From the human T2T-CHM13v2.0 reference genome, Homo sapiens, in assembly GCF_009914755.1 (NCBI RefSeq), contig NC_060929.1: DNA of 64,000 nucleotides; one strand, given 5' to 3'. Under the pieces are notes generated by a model. The model saw only the letters and a list, made by a program, of their open reading frames with translations. It searched no databases and was not told where the DNA came from. This document shows positions 14,964 to 32,113 of the stretch, piece by piece. The first letter of the stretch is position 1. Each line of letters begins with the position of its first letter. Both the position numbers and the translations under genes were made by a program.

Positions 14964-16619
14964 TACTTATCATTTCTTAAACTTTTCCTAATACACACTC
15001 TACTCCCACCTTGCTTATCTCCTGGCTGTTATATAAAACCAGAATCTTTTAAAACCTTTATTCAAAACCTTGAACAACTTGAACCACCTTTTTAAATATT
15101 GTCCAATGTTCAAAGAAACATTCAAGTTTTCATCTCGTCCAGAAAAGACTTCCTTCTTGTATTATTTTAGCTCTTCCTTAAACTCAGTAATAGTCTACCA
15201 GTTCTAATTCCAGTTTCAATTATCTCAAATAGTGTTAATATGTGCAAATCTCATGTCCATAACAAAAAGCTAAAGTTTTTTTTTTTTAAAGCAGACACCA
15301 AGTCTTACATTTGTTCTGATCCTACATTGATGTCTTTGAGTATAAAGTAGAATGCAATGAATACCTGATGGCTAACTGATTACTGGAAAAAAAAATCCCA
15401 TGACTTTTTTTCCCACATTCTGATGTCCCTTGAATATTTACAAAGCCAACACAGGATGACTCAAATGATAGTGGAGTACCTCTATAACCTTTTAATCAAG
15501 TTCCCAGTGTTGTTCACTCTCCCCATTTTGTATAGAGCACATGTGCTGCCGAGAAGTCAATAGGAACCAAGGGGTAATGAAAGGGACCAAATTTGCCAAT
15601 TTTTCCCACTTCATTCAACTCAATCCACTTATGCTCTGTAAGTAATTAATTACAGCTCTTGAGCATTTGCTATGTCACAGGTTTTGTGTACAGACTGTTA
15701 TGCCTCTCAGCTCATTATAATCCTTACAACAATCTCAATGAACTAGGAACTACTATCTTTACAAATAACACAACTAAGGCATAAGATCAGGCAATGTCTG
15801 AGTTTACAAATCTAGCAAATGGTGGAGCTTGAGCTGTACTCCTAAAACACTATGCTGCATTACTACTTATTTCCTAAAATTTCAAGTTGCTTGAAGGAGG
15901 CAACCAAGTCACAGCTCAAAGTTTTATATCTGACAGGGAGTTTAAAATGAATTCACGAACAGCTACTGTGGACTTGGAGGGAATTATCTTAGGTGCTGTA
16001 CATTTAGAACAGATGAATCCTATATAGAAAGGAAACCTAGAAAGTCAATATAGATTTGATATTTAGGATATGCACTGATAGTGAAACAGAGTTTCAATAG
16101 GTGAGGAAAAGAAAATTCTAGCATGGTCTGGATGCAGAACTGGAAAATAAAATAGTCTGATTTGGCTATAATCTAGGGTACACAGGAAAAAGGGCAAAAA
16201 GGTAGGCAAGGGACCTGAATATATGGGTGAGGAACTGCTTTGGTAGGAAGTATAGATTACTGACAAAGAAAATAATAGTCATCACATGTGTGTTTTAAAA
16301 GCAATCTTTTGGCCACACAGAATGAACTAGAAGAGAAACTAGAACTAGGGTCAGTGAGCAGATTATAATAGATCAGATATAATGAAATAATTAAGTCCTA
16401 AACTAGGGAGTAAAAAAGAAATGGCTGAGAGAGACCATAAGAAAATATGTGAACATACATGTGTATGACTAAATCAGTGACCTAGGTGACTTTAGCAACT
16501 GACTGGAAATCCTGGCCAGGGAATTCAAGAAAAAGAGACTGAGGGTACACATATAACACCAGGTTTATAAGCCTGAGTAACTAAGAGATAAGAATGTCAA
16601 TACAGAAATGGAAGATTTG

Positions 16620-16958
16620 GGCCAGGCGCCGTGGCTCAGACGCCTGTAATCTCAGCACTCTGGAAGGCCGAGGCGGGCGGATCACGAGGTCAGGAGTTTG
16701 AGACCAGCCTGGGCAATCTGGTGAAACCCTGTCTCTGCTAAAAATACAAAACCTAGCTGGGCGTGGTGGTGCGCGTCTGAAGTCCCATCTACTCAGGAGG
16801 TTGAGGTAGGAGAGAATTGCTTGAACCTGGAAAGCGGAGGTCGCAGTGAGCCAAGATTGCACCACTGCACTCCAGCCTGGGCGACAGCGAGACTCCGTCT
16901 CAAAAAAAAAACAAATAAATACAATAAATAAATAAATAAATAAATATAAATAAAAAAT
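16620..16958 (+). mobile_element. AluS with (AAAT)n tail
   Basis: Dimer; TSD AAATGGAAGA. Confidence 0.9.
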
Positions 16959-17165
16959 AAATGGAAGAGTCAGGAAGGAGTGTAAATGTTGTTTTAATTG
17001 AGGTGGCAGAGAATAAATGAACAAAAGTCTAGAATACAGATTCGGAAGTTCTAAGAATGGACATTTAAGACACAGGAAAGAATGAAAGCTATTGCTGTTC
17101 TGAGTTTGCTAGTGTTGAGGGGGGACCACTACACTCTGAAGAATAGAAATTATTTTGAGCCTTAC

Positions 17166-17273
17166 TGTATCTTCCAGATTTTTTTCAAATTCCTCTAGAA
17201 ATCGAGTCATAGCAGGGTCACCTTCAAAATCATTAAAATGATTATTTACCCATAATAATACAATCCGTGTCAC
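17166..17273 (-). CDS. RAPGEF6: RAPGEF6 coding exon (~exon 13), 108 nt, REM domain
   Basis: [36 protein letters not shown]; CAG acceptor, ACA|GTAAG donor; not in the ORF track. Confidence 0.97.
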
Positions 17274-17671
17274 CTGTGGAAACACAAAAGAGGCAGCATA
17301 TGGTTATAAGAGGCATTCCTTCTGCACAAGTGGATTCCAAAAGCATGTCTAAAACTCATGAAGAACTGACAACCCTCTTGTTCCCTCCCTTGTGTAAAAA
17401 AGGCTCATTCTAACAGAAAGGCATGGTTTAATTTGAGCTTTTGCTTCCCTGTGCACAGAAGTAACAGAGCCAGGACACTGTCCACTCAGTGAGAAGACAC
17501 AAGCCTGTTTGTTAAGATAAAAGAAGTACACAGAATGTCTATTTCAGGTAGCACCTTAAAATGCAAACTTCATGTCATAAAGCAGGCAATCCTATCAATC
17601 AAAAATCCATACCGAAAGCGTTTCCATGGTCAAGAACATGTTTAACCAAAACGGTAACAAAAACAAATCTG

Positions 17672-17812
17672 AGTCTGGTGCAGTGGCTCACACCTGCAAT
17701 GCCAGCAACTCAGGTGGCTGAAGCAAGGAGGATCCCTTGAGTCCAGGAGTTTGAGACCAGCCTGGGCATAGCAAAACCCTGTCTCTATAAAAATTAAAAA
17801 ACAAAACAAAAA
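17672..17812 (+). mobile_element. FLAM or AluJ left monomer
   Basis: Single Alu arm plus A-rich tail. Confidence 0.75.
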
Positions 17813-17956
17813 CCCTTACAAATCTGAAACTTCTTTCATTATAAACACTGTAAATTTTCAAACTGCAGAATCGTTTACTTTGCTTCAGAAAAGTTAAAAA
17901 TTAACGAATGTAAGCTGATTTGAATAACATGCCTAACAATGTAAGAAATGAGTCAT

Positions 17957-19190
17957 TTTTTTTAAATCGTGGTAGAATCCACATAAAATTCATCATTTTA
18001 ATGATTTTAAAGTTCATAATTTAGTACCTTAACAATACTGTGTAACCATCACCACTGTCTAGTTCTGAGTTCTGGAACATTTTCATCACTCCAAAAGTAA
18101 ACCTCAAACTCATTAAGCTTTCACTTCCCATTCTGCCCTCTCTCCAGCCCCTGGCGGCCACTAGTCTGCTTTTCTGTCTATTTGTCTGTTCTGGCTATTC
18201 CACATAAATAGAATCATACAATACCTAGCCTTTTGTGATTGGCTTCTTTTACTTAGCTTAATGTTTTCAAGGTTCATCATGGTGTAGTAAGTATTAGTAC
18301 TCCTTTTCTTCTTATGGCTGAATAATATTTTATTGTACGGCTATACCACATTTTGTTTATCCATGATGGGCATTTGGGTCATTTCTTCCTTTTGGCTATT
18401 GTCAATAGTGCTGCTACGAATATTTACGTCAAGTTTTCGTTTGCACACCTGTTTTTAATTCTCTGGGTATTTACCTAGGATTAGAATTGCTGGGCTATAT
18501 GGTAACCCTATGTTTAACTTTTTGAAGAACTGCTCAAACTGTTTTTTCCACAGAGGTAATACCATTTTACATTCCCACCATCAATGTGTGTAGGGTGGGG
18601 GTGGGGAGGAGGGTTCAATGTCTCCATACCGTTGGCAATGTTTGTTACTTTTTCTTTTTTCCCCCTTTTTAAAAGCCATCCTAGTGGGTGTAAAGTGGTA
18701 TCTCATTGAGGTTATGACTGCATATCTCTATGATTAATGATGCTGAACATCTTTGTCATGTGCCTGTTGGCCATTTACATATCTTCTTTGGAGAAATGTC
18801 TATACAAGTCCTTGGTCCATGTTTAAACTGTGCTGTCTTTTCGTTGTTGAGTTGTAAAAGTTCTTTATGTATTTTGGATATTAAACCTTTATCAGATATA
18901 TAATTTTCTCTTATTCTGTGCATTGTCTTACCTTTCTGGACAGTGTCCTTTGATGCAAAAATAATTTTAATTTTGATGAGGTCCAATTATCTCTTTTTTC
19001 TTTTGTTGCTTGTGCTTGGGTATCATATTTTCATATTTGAGAAACCAACGCCAAATCCAAGGCCATGATAATCTACCCCTATCTTTAAGGCATTATAGTT
19101 TTAGCTCTTCTGTCTCTGACCCATTTTGGGTACATTTTTGTTTATAGTATAAGGTGGTAATCCATTTTCATTCTTTTGCATATGGATAAT
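17957..19190 (-). mobile_element. Old L1 (L1M-type) 3' fragment
   Basis: L1 ORF2 end and 3'UTR motifs (TTTACATTCCCACCA, TCTTTGGAGAAATGTCTAT); ORF 18756..18986 resembles L1 ORF2. Confidence 0.85.
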
Positions 19191-20055
19191 TATCACTAAA
19201 TCATATTCTTGTTCATTTCCAAAGCATGCCTTTATTTTCTTGGCAACCAAGGTAAATATATTTAATTCTAAGAAAAAGGGTGAGAGGTGTGCAAGCCTGT
19301 AGTTTTAGATGTTAGTCTCCTAAATAAAAGAATTCTGCAGTTTACCTGCAACCAGTTTATTTCCTTTAAAATATAACTCAAAAAGACACACCAGACAATT
19401 ATGATCCTACTTTTATTTTCTTGAAACAACTTATTTCTTACCAATTTGTGGAAGTATTACTAGTCTTTCCATTAAATGTGCAAACATATCCCATGAAATA
19501 AGCTAATTTATTTAAAATAGTGAACAACATTTAATACAAAAAAATACTCAAAAGGTAGATTTAAATAAGTCACAGGAGAGACATATTAAGGTTTGATAAA
19601 TTGTTTTCAAATGATTGTGAAGTCTGTAACTCAAGAAAATAAAAATATTCCCATTTTGAAGCTTAAAAGCAATCTGCCCTCTTAAAAAAATGTATTTGAT
19701 GAATATTCTTTCTAAAATATTAAATCCGTTTTAAAATGTTTTATTGATCTCCAGAAACAATCAAGTATTTCAGTAAAATTCTAAAATACTCTCATGTAAC
19801 TATTATGTTTCCTGAACCTATAGCTATACCAGAGCTTTATTTCAGTTTTTGCCTTTTAAGGCTCTTGTCCACTTTTAGCATGCTATTCTGTCATAAAAGT
19901 AAGCAGAGAATGTTTATACTGATGGTTCAGGTTCATTAATTTTTTTAGGTGTACTGAATCTTATTATCATAATAAACAGGTAATCTATCAACTATAAAAG
20001 TTTCATGAATAAAATTTTGGGTTAAAATCACTTTCATGCCCCTTATAAAACCAAC

Positions 20056-20220
20056 CTTATCTCTTAAGCTGTCGATCTTAAACCATTCCAATAGTTTGAT
20101 CCCAACATCCAAAGGACTTTCAAGAAATGTCCTGTAAGTTAATAGAAAATCTTCTATATAAGTTGGATCCACGATGGAATGTTCTTCTATTAAATGCATT
20201 ATGAGACGCTCAGGTGTTGC
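20056..20220 (-). CDS. RAPGEF6: RAPGEF6 coding exon (~exon 12), 165 nt, REM (RasGEF_N) domain
   Basis: [55 protein letters not shown]; TTTTTAG acceptor, AAG|GTTGGT donor. Confidence 0.97.
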
Positions 20221-20909
20221 CTAAAAATCCAAGGATAGGAAGGATTAGAAAATAAACAAATGACCCAAGAACCAAAGAACTATTGTTGATTACTCCGCTT
20301 TGTAGCTACTCCATTAGACAAATCGTCAAAGTACAGTTTCGCCTTTAAATCCTTAGCGCTGGGAGAATTGGAATGCAAACTTAATTGTAATCCACCAGCA
20401 CCCAGAGGTTGAGAGACAGAAAAGGCAGAGAAATAAATAGCCAACAGCACTCACTCAGCTGAAGCTGTTTTCACTGGCATTTCATCATAGCAGGACCTTT
20501 GAACTTCACTAACTTAGCCCTGGTGTGGGCTGTTACTGCCACTTCTCCTACAACCAGGGCATGTATTTATTGTCTCAAGGCAACAAAAGAGGTGAAAGTT
20601 AAACTAAAGAAAGAAAGAAAAAGAAAGGAATGAAAGGGAAGAAAGAAAAAAGAAAGCTTTTCTCCAAATTTAATCCACCTCAAAAATCTTTTCTGACCAG
20701 GCTGTAGGAAGAACACACCAGTTCAAGAGAGCCTGTTTCATTATTGTTACTTCCCAGAATAAATATTTCCTTTTCTACAGTTCCTCTCATACAGTTTCCT
20801 CTCCATGCTAGGTCACCATATTGAGAGGAACCAGAAGTTCTACAGACAGTTTTGAAATTAATTCAGAGTTTTAAATGCTTGTTTCCAACTTTATAAAAGA
20901 ATATAAACA

Positions 20910-21388
<479 letters not shown>

Positions 21389-21509
21389 TCATCCAAACAA
21401 TTTCATTGTTTAGAATAACTGTGTGGTAAACATACATTAATACTAACAATGTTCTTTATCTAAGAATCTATTAAAAATAAAAAGGTACTTTATTTATTAA
21501 AAGGTACTT

Positions 21510-21811
21510 TATTTTTATTTATTTATTTTTGAGACGGAGTCTGGCTCTGTCGCCCAGGCTGGAGTGCCGCTGCGGGATCTCGGCTCACTGCAACTTCCGC
21601 CTCCTGGGTTCAAGCAATTCTCCTGCCTCAGCCTCCTGAGTAGCTGCAATTACAGGCATGCACCACTATGCCCAGCTAATTTTTGTATTTTTAGTAGAGA
21701 CGGGGTTTCACCATGTTGGTCAGGCTGGTCTCGAACTCTTGACCTCGTGATCCATCCTCCATGGCCTCCCAAAGTACTGGGATTACAGGCGTGAGCCACT
21801 GTGCCTGGCCC
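21510..21811 (-). mobile_element. AluSg-like
   Basis: Alu dimer with (TTTA)n tail. Confidence 0.88.
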
Positions 21812-22589
21812 TATTTTATTAATTAAAAATAAGGTACGAAAATCGTTTCTCTAGAAGGAAGTCAGAAACAACCTCCTTAAGAGATAAGAAAATCATAGGT
21901 CATTCCTATTCTCCTATCCTCCAAAACATTCTAAGCCTAAGAGTACCAAATTGTTTTATTATTCAGGCCAATCCTGGTTTAGGGTCATTTAGGTTCACTT
22001 AATTCCATTTCCTAGAATAGCTGAGTGAGGGATGGGAACTGTTCAACATGTTAGGCCATTATTCTGACTGGCAAAATCACAGAGGCAGGGTCCCTATAGA
22101 GACTAGGTCATGCATTCTAAATTTTATTTAAAGATGAGCCCTTACCTCTTTAGACTAAAATCTATCTTACCTCAAAATGCCCTTGATCCCAGCCACACAA
22201 ATTTCCTGCTTTTTCTTAAATATATTATGCAATTTTATATAGCACATGCATATGTCTCTGTCTGGCCACCCTTCCTCCCTATATCTTCTTGCTATTTCTT
22301 CTAGCCTAATTTAGATCCCTCTTTTTATGTCTCTCTTGCTCTTCCATCTTAAGATTTATCAAGTCATGCTGAAACTATCGCCTTGTCTTTCTCAAAAGAC
22401 TGTGAGTTCACTGATAGCAGAATCTAAGTATATATTAGTATCTCCCAGATCTCACACAGGGCCTGGCATAGAGTACCATAAAGTCAGTGTTGTTGAATAA
22501 ATGAAGAAATGAACTGAATGAATGAAGAAATGAATGAAATGAAAAGTAGTAACTGCTTTCTGTGTGATTATGTGTAAACAGAAAGTCAA

Positions 22590-23004
<415 letters not shown>

Positions 23005-23199
23005 TTATGATTTGCAATTAAATCTCAATGTGAAGATTGTAGTACAGTAAAAATAACACATTTTCAATATTTATGTCACAAAAGCAACCCATCAGCATGC
23101 AATCAGAATCTGGAAACATTTTAAGGTGTGTATAAACTCACGGCAAATTTATGTTCAAGTATTTTTGATGTTCTGAACTTTCACTTAAAAAAATCAACA

Positions 23200-25000
<1,801 letters not shown>

Positions 25001-25799
25001 TGAGTCCTCACAAAAAGATAAAAATGAATTAAAATGAAAAAGTATATGTGTAAGCCTATGGCATTCCACCAGTATGTTAATCATTTCTACACACAAAGCT
25101 TACACTCATCTGTTTAGGAAAAGAAAGATCTCTGAGGAATAGCCTGACTCTAAGGGAAGAAGAAGTATGACATCAGACTTCAAATTATCTCTCTGATTTA
25201 ACTCCCTCATATTATTAAGTAAACTGCTTCATCTGCAATTAATAGTGGCAATAATTTCGCCAAGACTAGCTTGAAAAGAGAAACAGTTATGTGTTTATTT
25301 CCCCTCTTTCAACTATAATTGTTCAGTTTATATCCAAGTCTTTAAAGAGAAAAGGAGGTGAGAAGGCAAGTATTAGGAGAGGGCAGAACTTACAGAAGGG
25401 AAAACAGTATGGGGGTTAATACTCAGACTCTACAATTGTGCTAAGGCTTTTGATTTACCTCATTTAGCCCTAATAAAGTCTTGAATTACCTCCATATCCA
25501 GATAAGAAAAGTGAGGTTCAGAGAAGTCAATGCATATTTCAGTGCCACAGAGATCCAGAAGCACTCTGCATCTTAATCTAGGATTACTTATGCTTTTATG
25601 ACTGGTCCTTAAATTTTCTGTTTTGTTTCTAAATATTGCAGTCTTTGATGAAACTGACTCCCGCTCTCAGTGGCATACAATATTAAGTTTGAAAAGGAAA
25701 ACTCTGACCAGTATATTCTAAAATAATACCCTACCTACTCTGATATTAAATGGCAATAAGTCATCCTTCATCATTAAAATGTGTAAAAACCATCTTAGA

Positions 25800-26095
<296 letters not shown>

Positions 26096-26243
26096 TTAGA
26101 GAAAGACAAAGAGTCAACATTTAAGTTAGATGCCAAAGTGTTAATGAATTATCTTGCATTACTTAAAAAATGGTTTAAAACAAGATGAAAGCTTTGATGA
26201 TAGAATAAAATCAGTGACTAGAAAAATAAGTAAAAACACCCAC

Positions 26244-26396
26244 CTTGATCACAATGTGTCCTTTCCTGGTTCCACTCCGGTCTAGTTCCCGATGCTCATG
26301 TACCATAACAATTTCTCCCTCTTCCTCAACTTTATGGGTATTTTTTTCCACATGGTTTAAAATTCTCCAATAATCTTGCTGGGCTATGCAGACAAA
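26244..26396 (-). CDS. RAPGEF6: RAPGEF6 coding exon (~exon 11), 153 nt
   Basis: [51 protein letters not shown]; CAG acceptor, AAG|GTGGGT donor. Confidence 0.97.
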
Positions 26397-26981
26397 CTGT
26401 CCAAGAACAACATGGGGACAGTTAATGAACCTATAGTACATAAATATATCACTATGTACCAATGCAGAGCACAAAGGTAAGAAATCTAGCGGCATTAGTT
26501 CTTTTTCACTTAATTCCTTTAATCTTTAACAAAAATCAAGGTGAAACAATTCACGTATGAAGAGACTAAAGAAGTCTAATCTGTTTGAATTTTGCTCTTT
26601 AAAAGGAGAAGTGAACTTCCACTTCTCTCAAAACTGACACTATGTAAAGAACATATGAAGCAGGAGTAAGTTAGAAACAAACAACTCAGAAGTTCCTATT
26701 TCTTTCCTTTTTTTTTTTTAAATAAAGGACTCTGAGCTGGCTAATATCAAATAGAAATGTAACAAACCAGCATTTATTTGGTATAATCTCTTTTGAAAAC
26801 TTATAGCTTGTTAAATGCCACAAATATTTGAGGCAGATACAAAATCTACTTTCCTTTATTAACTGTGAGCTATTGAAACTCCTAATTCTCAAATAAAGCT
26901 ATTTTCTTTTGAGGAAGACAAAACAGGCTCAGCTACTTTAAACCAACAGACAAGAAGACTTGACCAAAGAGATAATCTTAC

Positions 26982-27140
26982 CTGACAATCATCTACTTTA
27001 GTCCTGACAATTCCATGCATGTACTGCTTATCCAGAGTGGGAGTAATTCCAAAACTATTTCCCATAAACAAATTTTCAACTTTTCCATCTGGATGACTGA
27101 TTTCCACAGTGCCGTTTAAAATAACATACCATGAGTCAAG
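26982..27140 (-). CDS. RAPGEF6: RAPGEF6 coding exon (~exon 10), 159 nt, cNMP-binding-like domain
   Basis: [53 protein letters not shown]; TAG acceptor, CAG|GTAAG donor; overlaps ORF 26889..27107. Confidence 0.97.
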
Positions 27141-27756
27141 CTATAGAGAAAAACAAAGGTTTTATGAATCTTTTTAAAAAAGGTAGTTACATGTTAACTT
27201 TGAAAAAGAATCTATCAATATATATAACTTGAATAAAAAGGAAAAAGGAGGATCTGGTTATATTACCAAACACTCTGTAACACCCTATGCTTTGAGTCTA
27301 TGCAAACTACTAAAGTTTATTTTTACTCTTTCTTCTTTTAGTCACCAAACAAGAACTGTCATAACTGACCAGATTCTGAGACAAAATAGTGTAATGTTCA
27401 AGAGCACAAACTCTTGGGATATTAATCCATACCATGCCACCAACTAGCTGAATGACTTTGGGTAAATTATTTAACCTCTCTGGGCCTCAGTTTCTCTACT
27501 GCTACAATGGTCATATGGAAAGTATCTATCATAGAACTATTATGTTAATTAAATGAGTTAACACATACACTGTGCTTAGAATAGTGCCTGGCAAAAAGCA
27601 AACATTTAAGAAAAAAAATAGATAGCTAATGATTATTTCAGAAAGACTAGTTAAAAGCCTGAATTTTAAGGCATATCTAACAAAAGATTCAAAATTTCTC
27701 CTACGTTAAGAAAATAATGCCTTCATTTATATGGAAATATTTAATGCTCTAAGAAG

Positions 27757-28047
27757 TTATTTATTTATTTATTTGAGAGATGGGGTCTTGCTCTGTTGCC
27801 CAAGCTGGAGTGCAGTGGTATGATTATAGCTCACTGTAGCTTCAAAGTCTTGCACTCAAGTGATCCTCCTGCCTCAGCCTTCTGAATAGCTGGGACTACA
27901 GGTGTCCACCACCATGCTTGGTCAATTTATTTTTTAATAGAGACAGGTCTTGCTATGTTCCCCAGGCTGGTCTTGAATTCCTGGTGATCCTTCCACCTAG
28001 GCCTCTTGAGGTGCTGGGACTACAAGCATGAGCCACTGCACCTGGCC
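27757..28047 (-). mobile_element. AluJ-like
   Basis: Diverged dimer. Confidence 0.85.
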
Positions 28048-29692
28048 CAAAGAAGATGTATTTTAAAGATCTACTATATATCAGTGAAAGACCACTTATT
28101 CTCCTTTAATATCAAACCCTCTTATAAGCCTGAACCTTCAATAGTTTTAATGTGATTTAAGGGAAATCAAGATGGTTAGTTCTGAAGGGTAATCAATGGC
28201 AATAAGGTATTTTTTTTCAAAAGTATACCTTTATTATTTTAAAAATAAGATATACTCACTACACAACTTGTGGATTAAGCTACTGGAAGACAGGGAGTGT
28301 ATCTGGCTTTTTCACCACTATATCCCCGTATCTAGAACAGTACCTGGCACAAAGTAGGCATACAACAAATTTTTGCTGATACAACTGGAAATTAAGAGAA
28401 TGCAAAAACTTGTATAAAATAGAAGTTACTTAAAATCCCACTCCATTCAGTTGTTTAAAGCTTATTTCTCTCTTATGTATATATTTTATATTATTGAAAT
28501 ATTTAGAATATCCTGTTTAAAAAAATTAATACTATATTCATTTGTTCATCAAACTTTTGGGGGGAGTCCATCCTCTATGACAGATGTTTTCTAGGATACG
28601 GGGAGAAAATATGTAAACAGAGCCTAGAGACAGGGATCCTCAAAGATACTCTATCAAATAATTTTAAAAATAATTTGGATACCTATATATTATAACCTAC
28701 AGCTATATAATAATTTACTTAACCATCGCTTATCACTGGATGTTTTGGTTATGTCCAATTTTTACTTATATATATAATATATGTAATATTATATATTATA
28801 TATATTTATAGTATGAAATTATGTAATTATATATAACTTACTTATAGATTATATAAGTATATAATTTATATTATAAATGTACTGCAATGAACACCTTTTG
28901 AAATAACTCTTTGAGTTCTACACGTCTCCTCAGGTTAGACACTCAGAAGTGGAATAACAGGCTAGCAGCTGTGAATACTTGGAGGACCATGTTAAGAATT
29001 TTAAAATAATTATCTGGAAATGCTGTACCAATTTACATTTCCACTAGAAGACAATGTTCATTTACTGATATCTCAGCATTAATCAAATGAGTACATTTGA
29101 TAGGAAAAATAATGAAGCACTTCCTGATGGCAATAATACCTTCCAATCCCTTTGCATCCTTCCTCCACCCATCCACAAGCTGTCATCCGAGCATTTTTGA
29201 ACATAGAATTGTCACCTAAACGCTTCAACTGTCAGCAGTTCCCTAGGATGCACTGGTACCAACACATGTTCCTCATTCTTTTTCTTTTAAATGTATAATA
29301 GAAATAAGGAATAAGAAAAATTCTTGATAAACATTTTAAACAATAATGATATAATTATACAAATAGAAAAATATTCAAGAATCTTTTAAATCTATTTCAT
29401 CTATTTAAATTTAATGTAATCTGAGAAGTAAAAACATTTGGTTCATTGAATATTATTTATGGAGCACTGACTTTGTGCAGAGTCTACTGCGAATAAATTT
29501 AAAATTAGGGCAAAGCAAAAACAAAAACTTACCTCTTCAGAAATTGTAACTAACTCAAACTTGGCATTTATTTAAGAAATCTGTATAAATTTCAAAAATC
29601 AGTACTCAAAAATCAGGACAAATTTATGGAAATTAAGTTATTTTAAAAGTTAGTATCCATAATAAATGTATGTAATTTATTTATTGACCTAC

Positions 29693-29829
29693 CTCTTGCC
29701 CATCTTCAAGAATAATAGCTCCAGCCTGCTCTACCACTTCAAAAATCATCACTGAGCAGAGTTCTCTCCTTACAGACATGGTCATGTTTGCAAATGCAGG
29801 GAGCTGGTGCATAAACTCCAGCAATTGTT
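29693..29829 (-). CDS. RAPGEF6: RAPGEF6 coding exon (~exon 9), 137 nt, phase 1-0, start of cNMP-binding-like domain
   Basis: [46 protein letters not shown]; TTATAG acceptor, GAG|GTAGGT donor. Confidence 0.97.
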
Positions 29830-30883
29830 CTATAAGAAAACAGAAATTCTGGTATAAAGACCATCGAGGACTATACCTTAAAAATACAACGAAATCTAGA
29901 ATTCAATTCCCAATTTCACAATCAACTTATAAATTTATGTTGCTAAAGTAGAGAAACTAAGGTACTATTTGACCGTTGATTTTTAAAATCAATTATTTGA
30001 TTAATATGTATATTCAGACTCACATATAAACCTGGGCATATTGGAAGATAACAGAATTCACAACCTCCAGAGAGAACAAGGACCATACAGGTTCAGATGA
30101 AAGCGGAGCGTTTATCTAATATTCCTAGCCACTCCATGGGTTTAGTTATGGCCTTTGATCTAATAGGTTAGTGAAAAAGTCTTTTGTCTAGTTCTTACTA
30201 AACAAAAGTATTTAAAAATGCCATTAATAAAATCCAAAAAGTAATTAAAACAGGGATAATAAATGTGAATTCTAGCTCAAGATTTGTCTAACTAACTAGG
30301 TAACTCTCTTTAACTAACAAATGTTTATGAGTGCCTCAGGCCACTCCCTGGTATGGATATATGTGTAAGGAAGGTATAAATATAAGAAACACATATAAGC
30401 AGTCAGCAAAGAGATTAAGAATAACTATAAGGTGCTATATATCCATAGGACATAGGAATTAGCTATATTTCAATTTTTAAAAAGTTTTATGAAAATAGTA
30501 TAGTATACAATTCTTTATCAGTAAAATTGCACTTTCAGTTTCTGTCGAGATAACGTTCATAACATAAATCCACACTGCAGGTTATTTAACTGTATTATAT
30601 CTTTAGAATGGCAAGGAATGTTCAAATACATTGATCTTTACTCACATAAATGATTTTTAATAGTAGCAGCATCTTCTAATTGGAAGGGTAGCTATTATAA
30701 AAATGCAATCTAAGAAAAAAATCTTAATTAAATCCTAACAATATATGTTTGACACTAAGTGATCTTTGCATCTTAAAGATAACATTAACATCTTTAGTAT
30801 CATTCAACTTCCCAACTAAAGTATGGTAACTAGTTCTGTAAAATATTACATAAAAAAATTTATAATGTTTTAAGGGTACACAT

Positions 30884-31203
<320 letters not shown>

Positions 31204-31365
31204 TTAAGCTAGGGAAATAAAAATATAAGGTTTTAAAAAATCTGCAAGTTTTTCAAAAAGCAAATTCACAGACACTGAACATTGTACTATGCTTGTGCTT
31301 TAAATGTCTTATAGACATGAAGGGAAAAATCAGTTTAATGCAATCAAAGCTTTTATTTTATATAT

Positions 31366-31890
31366 TGTGGCAGCCAACCTCAAAGATGGCTCACAGTGAT
31401 CCCTGCCTCCTGATAGTCATGTCCTTGTACAGACCCATTCTATACTGTATCAGAGTTACCTGGTATAACAAACAGAATTTAGCAGAAGTGATGATGCATT
31501 ACTCTTGAATACAGATAATAAAAAACTGTGGCATTTGCCTTATTCTCCTTTGGATTACTTACTTAGGGGGAAGCCTAAGTTCCCCTTAAGTATGTTGTAA
31601 GGACAATTAAGCAGCCTATCAGAGGCCCACATGAGGAACTGAAGGTCATGCACCAAAGGCCATTTCAATAGCTATCTTGGACACAGATTCTACAGCTCAG
31701 CCCAGGGAAGACCTGGATGGCTGCAGCCCTGTGTCAATTCTGACAACAACCTCATGGGAGATACCAAGCCAGAACCACTCAGCTAAGGTGCTCCTAAATT
31801 TGACTCACAAAAACTCTAAGATAATGGCTTAACACAACACACATTTATTAAGTTTTAGAATAATTTGTTATGCAGAAATAGGTAACCATA
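31366..31890 (+). mobile_element. MLT1-type MaLR LTR
   Basis: TGTGGCAGCC...AAGATGGC start; CCAGAACCACTCAGCTAAG and TAATTTGTTATGCAG end motifs. Confidence 0.7.
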
Positions 31891-31935
31891 TAAATTAAGT
31901 TACAAATTCTTATTGTGAACACATATATTTCTTAC

Positions 31936-32113
31936 CAATGTCATCATCAGTTTTGTCTGCAGGTTCTTTTTCAAGACATTCTCGAACAAGATCTCGCCCC
32001 TGCAATGGATCTGTTCGATCAATCTCTTCATCTTCCTCTTCGTCATCCTCAGAATCAACAGGTCCTTCTGGAAGACGTGTCAAATCTACATCTCCTACCT
32101 CACTCTCCGTAGC
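31936..32113 (-). CDS. RAPGEF6: RAPGEF6 coding exon (~exon 8), 178 nt, phase 0-1, acidic stretch
   Basis: [59 protein letters not shown]; TTCATAG acceptor, GTAAG donor. Confidence 0.97.

Noticed and set aside
18756-18986. 76-aa ORF
   Set aside because: Decayed L1 ORF2 fragment
25168-25175. Third TGACATCA site
   Set aside because: A few copies of an 8-mer are expected by chance in 64 kb; no supporting context
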